DNA of 56,268 nt, filler included, from Squatina squatina (lineage: Eukaryota): the NCBI GenBank assembly GCA_031763465.1. It is 3 parts of 3 records of this genome, joined end to end, with 100 filler letters (N's around TTAATTAATTAA, not from the genome) between each part and the next. Parts side by side here need not be neighbours in the genome. Positions count along the whole stretch, not along the records: positions 32,099 to 56,268 come from JARFOE010000115.1; 2 more parts are not named here. The stretch is one strand, 5' to 3'. The first letter of the stretch is position 1. The number at the start of each line of letters is the position of its first letter. The notes beneath the pieces were generated by a model. That model had not been told where the DNA came from and searched no databases. It was given only the letters and a program-made list of their open reading frames with translations. The translations under genes were made by a program, and so were the position numbers. Below are positions 49,047 to 56,268 of this stretch, piece after piece.

Positions 49047-49735
49047 TATATTCTGTTTTAAAATGTGATTTTGTGTAGTGATACTCTGTTAAACAGTGAG
49101 TTTGTGTATTGATACTGTATTAAACAGTGCGTTTGTGTGTTGATACTCTGTTAAACATTGAGTTTGTGCATTGATATTCTGTGTTAAACATTGAGTTTGT
49201 GCATTGATACACAGTGTTAAACATTGAGCTTGCGTATTGATATACTGTGTTAAAAAGTGAGCTTGTGTGTTGATACTCTGTTAAAAAATGAGTTTTTTGT
49301 ATTCATGCATGTCAACATGTGAATTCGTGTATTGAAGCACTGTTTTAAATAATTGTCTTTTGATACACTGTGTTAAGCAGTGAGAATGTGTATTGAAACT
49401 GTGTTAAACAGTGAGATTTTGTTTTGCAACATTGTTTGAAACAATGAGTTTGTGTATTGATATACTCTGTGTTAAACAGTGAGTTTGTGTGCTGATACTC
49501 TGTGTTAAACAGTGAGTTTTCTTATTGATATACTGTATTAAAGAATGAGTTTGTCGATTGACACAATGTGTTAACCAGTGAGTTTGTGTATTGGCTCACT
49601 GTGTTGAACAGTGAGTATTTTATTGATAATCTGTGCGAATCAGTGAGTTTGTGTATTGATACGCTGTGTTAACCAGTGAGATTGCATATTGGTTCACTGT
49701 GTTGGACAGTGAGTTTTTATATTGATAATCTGTGC
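49047..49735. repeat. ~31-34-bp minisatellite (ttgatactctgtgttaaacagtgagtttgtgta), ~20 copies
   Basis: Contiguous degenerate units with no unique spacers. Confidence 0.9.
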
Positions 49736-50114
49736 TCTGCCAAACCCACAGATCACTTGCAAAATCATAAATCCACCATTTGGATTAAAATCACCTTGTC
49801 ACAAGCTTATAACAGGTAAGATAGATTTTCTATTGACTCATCTGAAATAGTTGAAAATGTTTCCTTCATTTTATTTAAACTGTTAAAAAAGCTAAAGCTG
49901 ATATTGTGATAATGTTGATTAATGCACAACAGGCACGACTACAAGGTTATCCACAATCTGTTTAAAGTGCTCCCTGTCATGTTCCTGCATGGTGCAACAA
50001 CAGATTTCTGAAAGACGTGATTAAATTATATTATTCCTAATGCATTATTACTTTCATGCTGTTGATCTATAATTGAAGACTATACAATGAGGATGTGGGA
50101 GGTAATAACATATA

Positions 50115-50562
50115 GGCCTTGATTTTAATTCTCCCCATCTCTGTCCCCATCTGCCAGAAACCAGGCGGGTGGCAGTTAAGATGGAGCAGAGGACTTACCC
50201 ACTCTTTCCCTGCCATGATCCAGTCAACTCCAATTGTAAATTTCAGGCTTCAAGGACCCCTGCTCCAAGTGGGTGGGGTCCTCTTTAAATATGATGATAC
50301 TTGGGCTACTCATGCCCCAGGCATCCCCCCATCCCTTGAAAGGGAATTCCCCAGTGGCAGCCTCCTGTCGCCCAAATGCCTGTTCCCGCCCACCAGCCAG
50401 GCAGCGATTCCTCCCTGTTTCGAGCGAGAATCCAAACTTATATATGTAAATAAAGCCCAGGAGCCAAAATCTCTCTGGGCCTCAGAATGTGAGCTTGTAG
50501 ATCAGCATGGACCACCACCCCCCACCCATGCATTGATCTTGCCAAGAGTTAAAATCAAGGCC
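50115..50562. mobile_element. Complete Harbinger-like MITE (448 bp)
   Basis: TIRs GGCCTTGATTTTAATTCT / AGAGTTAAAATCAAGGCC (17/18) with 3-bp TSD ATA on both sides. Confidence 0.85.
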
Positions 50563-50626
50563 ATAAAGACAGATTTGCCCCTGCAAACACTTGTTTTCAA
50601 TTAATTTCATTATCAAACACAAATAA

Positions 50627-50927
50627 AGGCTGAAATTGCGATCCCCCAGGGGTGTAGGATGTTCCAATGCACGCCCACAGATCCGGAACTTGCGACCTGT
50701 CAAGATTTCTCTTGATAGATCGTCCGCTTCTGCTGCAAAAGAGGTTTCCAGGGCAGAGAGTTGCAATATTTTCTCAACTGTTGCCCGTGGAAACCTCTTT
50801 AATCTTTTACACATGGTAAAACCTCGCGTACAGGCTTGGTTTTACCAGCGTAAGAGTTTTTAAAAATGTAAAAATCAAATAAATTAATGGTACATTACTT
50901 AAAAACCATTCCCATTAAGGTAAGTAT
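50627..50927 (+). mobile_element. Hairpin-chain MITE family, copy B (runs into gap)
   Basis: Starts AGGCTGAAATTGCGAT; colinear with copy A through aaaaccattccca(t/g)taaggt. Confidence 0.7.
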
Positions 50928-53382
50928 NNNNNNNNNNNNNNNNNNNNNNNNNNNNNNNNNNNNNNNNNNNNNNNNNNNNNNNNNNNNNNNNNNNNNNNNN
51001 NNNNNNNNNNNNNNNNNNNNNNNNNNNAACTATTTTTTGTGCATAAGAAAATACTTGTTCTGTCAGCACCACTTCAAGAACACCCGCTCATCTATAGCAA
51101 AAGATCAAGCACAGCATCGTTCACAACAGTAGCTTTACTAGTTCCCAGCTTGTTGCCTACAAGCTGTAATTAGCCAGACAGACATGTGACATGTTTGAAT
51201 ACAATTGAACTCAACAAGAAATTTGGTGGAAGGCAAAATTACAGATTGCTTATTAATTTAAAAGTTAAATGGCAATTATAGCTTCACAGAAGATTGAAAC
51301 ATATTAATGATTTGAGGGGTCTGAAATACTAAATCATAAACAGAAACAAACTCTTACAAGAGAGAGAGCTTTTACTGTAAGAAGCTAACATAAACCAAAC
51401 AGACATTTATACTGGATTATTATACCCTTGGAATAACCCACAAAATCTCATTCAAAATTCTACAGGATTGAGCTGCAGTTTTGAAACTATAAATAAATGA
51501 AAGTGTATTTTTATTGTATTTTAGAAGATCTTGCACAAGTCAGCATTCTTCTATTTTTTATTAATATTGCTTTACAGTTCAGGATTAGCATCTTCTGCAC
51601 TGCAACACTTCCAGTCAAAGATGATAGAAACATGAAACTCATTCAAAGACATGTTATTCCATATACCTTGTTGGCACTGAACAAAGAAGTTATTTATTGA
51701 TGACTCCTAATGCAACACTGAAAAAATAAAAAAGGTCAACCGGGTATAAGAGTGACAGTAATTTTGTTGTGCAAATCATAACTATGGCATTACTACACAG
51801 GCTGAGGGTGATTATATACTACAAATGGGTTATCTCTACAAAAGTGCAATTCCAGATGGATGGATGGATGAAGTGTAGTAATGTGGGTAGCAGTGACACA
51901 GACTGCCTTGCACTCCTGAAAGGAAGCAGGCTGGGAGGGAACTGATGACCCAGACTTTTCTGTTTTCCCTGGGGAGTGGAGGAAGCAGGTTGTGGGGGTA
52001 ACACTAAGGGATCTAACAGGGAGAAAACATACGAAATAAAATCACCACTCTGATTACCAATTAAGGACAGGGATCAGAAACCTTGCAGGACAGAATTTCA
52101 CAAGATCAAAGCAATGGAAATTTATAAATAAAGATATGGCCCTTTCACTGACTCACAAACTAGAAAGGTGTTTAGACTACACAAACTGCTTCACCACGCA
52201 AAGCAATGTGAATACATTTGGTCATATTTTATGCTCTCGGGTCCTGAAATTCACAGGACCATTTCAGTGGTTAAACATTCCTGAAAAAAACCTTCCTTAA
52301 GTCTAAAATAGTTCCTTCCACCAAACCCATGTACATTTCATCTGATGAAGTATTTGTCACAATAAGGGAGGAGAAGAATTTNNNNNNNNNNNNNNNNNNN
52401 NNNNNNNNNNNNNNNNNNNNNNNNNNNNNNNNNNNNNNNNNNNNNNNNNNNNNNNNNNNNNNNNNNNNNNNNNNNNNNNNNATGTGCCTCATGTAAATAC
52501 CTCCCTGGACAAATAGAAGAACCTCATGAAGCACCATTCAAGTTGCTTGGGCAAACCAAAATATAGCAAAGAATGCAAAGCATTTATAAGGCAAATTTGT
52601 TTTAATCTTGCTGTAGTATAAAATATTATGTGCAATAGCTATGTCAATATGAATAGTGACAACTTTGCTTTTTGATTAAAATGTCAGACTTGAGAGTTGC
52701 AAAATCTTGTCCAGATGAAAATCTTCTAAGGTCACGAATACCATTTTGATTGAACTTTAATCTTTAAAATCTATTCCTTCTCCTCCTTTCACTTTTAGTA
52801 AGGATCTTTTCCCTACTTTTTTATATTTCCTCCTTCTATGCAATGTGCCATTTCCTAATGAAAGGATGGGCAGACGAGGCTGAGCTGATTGCGCTCCTCA
52901 ACCACCCTTGAGGAATCAAGACAGTTCCAATACTTTTTTCTCCTTCTCACTGTGAGACAGCCTCATTGCAATTGATTTGAGATCAACAACTTGTCAGATC
53001 CGTGAGAGAAAAACTGCCTTCTCTTACTCCATACAAACACATCAATGCACTGCACCATTGGACAGCTAACTTTGCTTTGTTATGTTGACATTTGTTTCAA
53101 GGCTTACACATATATACTAATTGAAAACATTCAACAATGTGTGAATGTATATAATTAAAGTTGGTATTTTACCAACAATACAGTTAGGAAGTAATACATA
53201 GTCACAAAAAATACCTTTTGAGAATATAAGAAAAAGGAAATGGTAACACTGAACATGAGCCATAAGGAGCCTCTGTTCAGATAATGGTAAAGTCTAATGG
53301 ATCACTGCATATGACTACCATGTCCAGTATAACGACTGGCAAAGAAAGCAGGCCCATAACAGAATATATACATAGAGATGAA

Positions 53383-54665
53383 GGGGGCTAAATTCAATAG
53401 CCCCTGAAAACAGACGCGGGGATCGCGATGCGCCATTAACCCACGCCTGTTCATCGTGATGCAGGCAATACACCAATTTCGTGCTGCTTGCTCATTTTAA
53501 TGATTTAAGCGTGCAGCCCATGCTAATCGTGCTATTAACTGGCTGCTCTCATCAGCAGGGGGCCCAAAATCATTAAAGGCTGGAACCAGTTAAAGCTAGC
53601 CTGCACTGCTAAAGCCAGCCTGCTCTTCTTAAAGAGGAGTTGCATTGTGGCTGCAGCAAGAGGCGGAAGTCGTTATACAACTGATTCTGACCTGGGAAAC
53701 TCAATAAAGGCACACCATGGGAGAGAGTGGGCTCCAAGGTTTTCCGACTCTACACTGGAGGCTTTGGTGGAGGAGATGGAAAGGAGGAGAGATGTGCTGT
53801 ATCCACAGTGCACCAGGCAGCCCTCCAGACACATGTTCAGAAGCCACTGGGAGCAGATAGTCGTGGCAGTCAATGCCAGGAGTCAAGCCCCGGGGACCTG
53901 GATGCAATGCCACAAGAAATTCAGTGACTTCACATGAGTGGTCAAGGTCAGCGAATGCATCTTCAAATACCATATCCTTACAACTTCACCACTAGCCTCA
54001 CCCACTGTTCAATGAGCCATACCCCCATCGCTCAACTAGCAACAATCAGGACCCATGCCGAACATTCATAGCTTCACTTCAACCTCACACACTTAGCGCT
54101 GCTGCAAGCCTCACACCTGCATCTCGCAGCTTACACACACTGCCAACTATGTAACTATGACAGCCACATCGCCCAAACAGATTGCACGACACTAATTAGC
54201 ACACTTCCCTCTCTCTTGCAGGACAAGGTGCTGCAAAACTGTAAGCAGCGGGAGCTAACCGGCGGGAGACAGATGCACCTGCATGACATTACTCCCACGG
54301 AGGAGACAGTGCTGGCCTTTATTGGAACCGCCATTGCTGAGGCCGTGTCCAGCAGTAGGGATGAAGCTGTAGAAGATGACGGTATTCTCATACCTAATCC
54401 TCCTTCTCACATCCCACTCAACCCTCATCCCACAAGCTCTTCTGGTTTACAAGCTGCAGATGGTGTAAGCATCTTCTTGCTTTCCCCCACCCCACACCAT
54501 AATCTTACCCTTGTGCCTTTTTCCTTTCAGATACCTAAGAACTGCAACCTGGCCAGGCAGTGGTGGAAGAGCAATAAGACTGTAGTGATGAAGAAACACC
54601 GTCATTCAATATCACACTCACAGCCACCAACTCAGATATTGTTGATGGCTGTGCATAAATTAGAG
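53383..54665 (+). mobile_element. PIF/Harbinger DNA transposon, left part (5' end plus Myb-like gene)
   Basis: Starts GGGGGCTAAATTC with a CpG-rich subterminal region followed by the Myb/SANT gene; cut off by a hAT-like end. Confidence 0.7.
53707..54660 (+). pseudogene. Decayed Harbinger-type Myb/SANT-like DNA-binding gene, 3 exons (~53707-53946, 54222-54381, 54531-~54660)
   Basis: APRFSDSTLEALVEEM...WEQIVVAVNA...TWMQCHKKFSD then RELTGGR...TPTEE, typical of NAIF1/MSANTD-like Harbinger ORF2. GT-AG introns; in-frame stops at 53935 and in exon 3; probable start codon now reads AAG. Confidence 0.8.
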
Positions 54666-54993
54666 CAGTGGTTCTCAAACTTGGGTCCGTGGAGATGTTC
54701 TGGGGGTCTGCGAAACATTGACCAATTATTCCTTGGAGAAGATCGCTAAAAAATTGCAAACTGTAAAAATAAACCAGTGAGGATCAGGGAGGAGGCAGGA
54801 CCTGAGTGTTCACGTTCGGGTTCCATCCAATGACCTCACTCGTGTCTGTGGAAGGAGAGTAGAAGTTGGCTGGCTGGTAATGCGGCAACTGAAAAATAGA
54901 AAAGTTTAGTTGGGAGTCGGTAAGTTTTAAAGTTCAACCAAGGGCAAGTCGCCATCGTTTAACGCAAGTCTCCTACTGGCATTGTGTGGTCTG
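54666..54993 (+). mobile_element. hAT (Charlie-like) non-autonomous element, left end
   Basis: Starts CAGTGGTTCTCAAACTT, a typical Charlie-group TIR, after an 8-mer with central TA; right end not seen (gap follows). Confidence 0.5.
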
Positions 54994-55093
54994 NNNNNNN
55001 NNNNNNNNNNNNNNNNNNNNNNNNNNNNNNNNNNNNNNNNNNNNNNNNNNNNNNNNNNNNNNNNNNNNNNNNNNNNNNNNNNNNNNNNNNNNN

Positions 55094-55332
55094 AAACTCA
55101 CCTGCTTTTACCAGGCGTAAGGGTTTTGTGGGCATTTTCTGGGCAGTAGTTGGGCAAATAACCCAACTCTGCGCCAGCAAAAGTGATTGAGGCGGTGCGG
55201 TAGAACTGTCAAGGCGATCCTTGACAGATCGCAAGTTCCGGATTTTCGCACATGCAGAAACCCAGAACTTGCGGGGCCTTTTACAAGGCTTACAATGGCG
55301 TACGGAGTCATGGGAAATGCAAAGTTCGAGTC
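55094..55332 (-). mobile_element. Hairpin-chain MITE family, copy C (runs into gap)
   Basis: Reverse complement shares atccggaacttgcga(t/c)ctgtcaag and tggtaaaa with copy B. Confidence 0.7.
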
Positions 55333-56268
55333 GGTGATAATTTTTACTTGACTGCTCATGAGCAGTTTGAGTGGTCCTCACCTATGAAATACAAATGATA
55401 TTTCTGTTTTTATAATGTATGTTTGTACCACAAGTTTAAAAAAAAATTTGATTTTAAATGTGATATTTTCTTGATTCGGTTTGTTTTTCCAGAATGTTAA
55501 TGAGGTAGCCTTCTTGAGACTGAGGGCCATGCCAGTAGTTTCTTGGAATTCAGCCCTATTTGAAGCAGGGACTTCAGAAAGATAATGTCATGGGAAGAGT
55601 GCCAGCTGCAGAGGAGGGAGCAACCTTTTGTCACGGCAACTGTCAGGCAACGGGTAGCAAGGAAAAGAAATGAGAAACTGAAACTGAAATGTTGATTATT
55701 ACAGACACTGTACATCCAACTGAAGTCGAAATCTTGCAAACTTTGCTGAATATTGACATTAATCATCTAACTTGAGACATGAACCTACATATTAGCATGT
55801 GGGTGGTAGTCAAAAGATCTACTGGTCTTCAATGCGACATTTTGTGAAGAACTGAATTACAAGAACTTCAACCTCGAGTATTGACTCATCAAGAGTATAA
55901 TTACCACACTGCATTGATATTGATTTTATTCAATACAGCATGGTCTTTTTTTAATGTTACAGATAGGTGAGAAATTGAGTAACTACTACATCCCAGACTA
56001 ATTTTCCTGGACCAGATAGCCATCAATTCGGAGGTACATGGTGATCCATAAATATTCAATGAAGTGAATGAGGAAAACTTTGAATCCAACTTTACCAACA
56101 AAGACTGTTCTCTTCTTGAGTGCAATAGATAGAGGAAAATCAGGTGGGCTCCTTTATGAGTGTACGCTCCTCCTCCCACCCCAATTTTCCTATATGTGCT
56201 GCACCTAGGCAATTCAAAATGCCCAGATACAGAAGAGGAAAATGTTCCCCTTACTTGTTCCTTATTCC

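Noticed and set aside
49047-49735. CRISPR-like array of ~32-bp partly palindromic repeats
   Set aside because: Units are contiguous with no unique spacers, there are no cas genes, and the context is vertebrate.
50119-50604. 161-aa ORF
   Set aside because: Lies almost entirely within a TIR/TSD-bounded MITE, starts at a non-ATG codon, and has no recognisable domain.

Overview
Vertebrate genomic DNA, almost certainly a cartilaginous fish (shark-type SacSINE1/Deu-SINE, CR1 tails, Penelope and Harbinger relics), from a fragmented assembly with many ~100-N gaps and two artificial TTAATTAATTAA linkers. The one well-supported gene is a six-exon Mad/Mxd-family bHLH-Zip repressor on the + strand (CDS 3739-14169, 196 aa). 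It is closest to MXI1, but exon 2 is short and MXD1/MXD4-like and no EEIEVDVE acidic motif is visible. A few phase-compatible minus-strand exon candidates (best 47512-47588, coiled coil) suggest a second gene I cannot identify. The rest is intronic or intergenic DNA dense in mobile-element relics: a decayed three-exon Harbinger Myb/SANT gene, MITEs, L2/CR1 fragments, SINEs, a short Penelope-derived insertion with a mutated hammerhead ribozyme, and an orphan Ig-domain relic. The most unusual signal is a family of TIR-bounded elements (33575-34334, 50627-50927, 55094-55332) built as a chain of hairpins whose stems differ in sequence between copies but keep pairing. Identifications were made by eye from recalled family features; no search was run.
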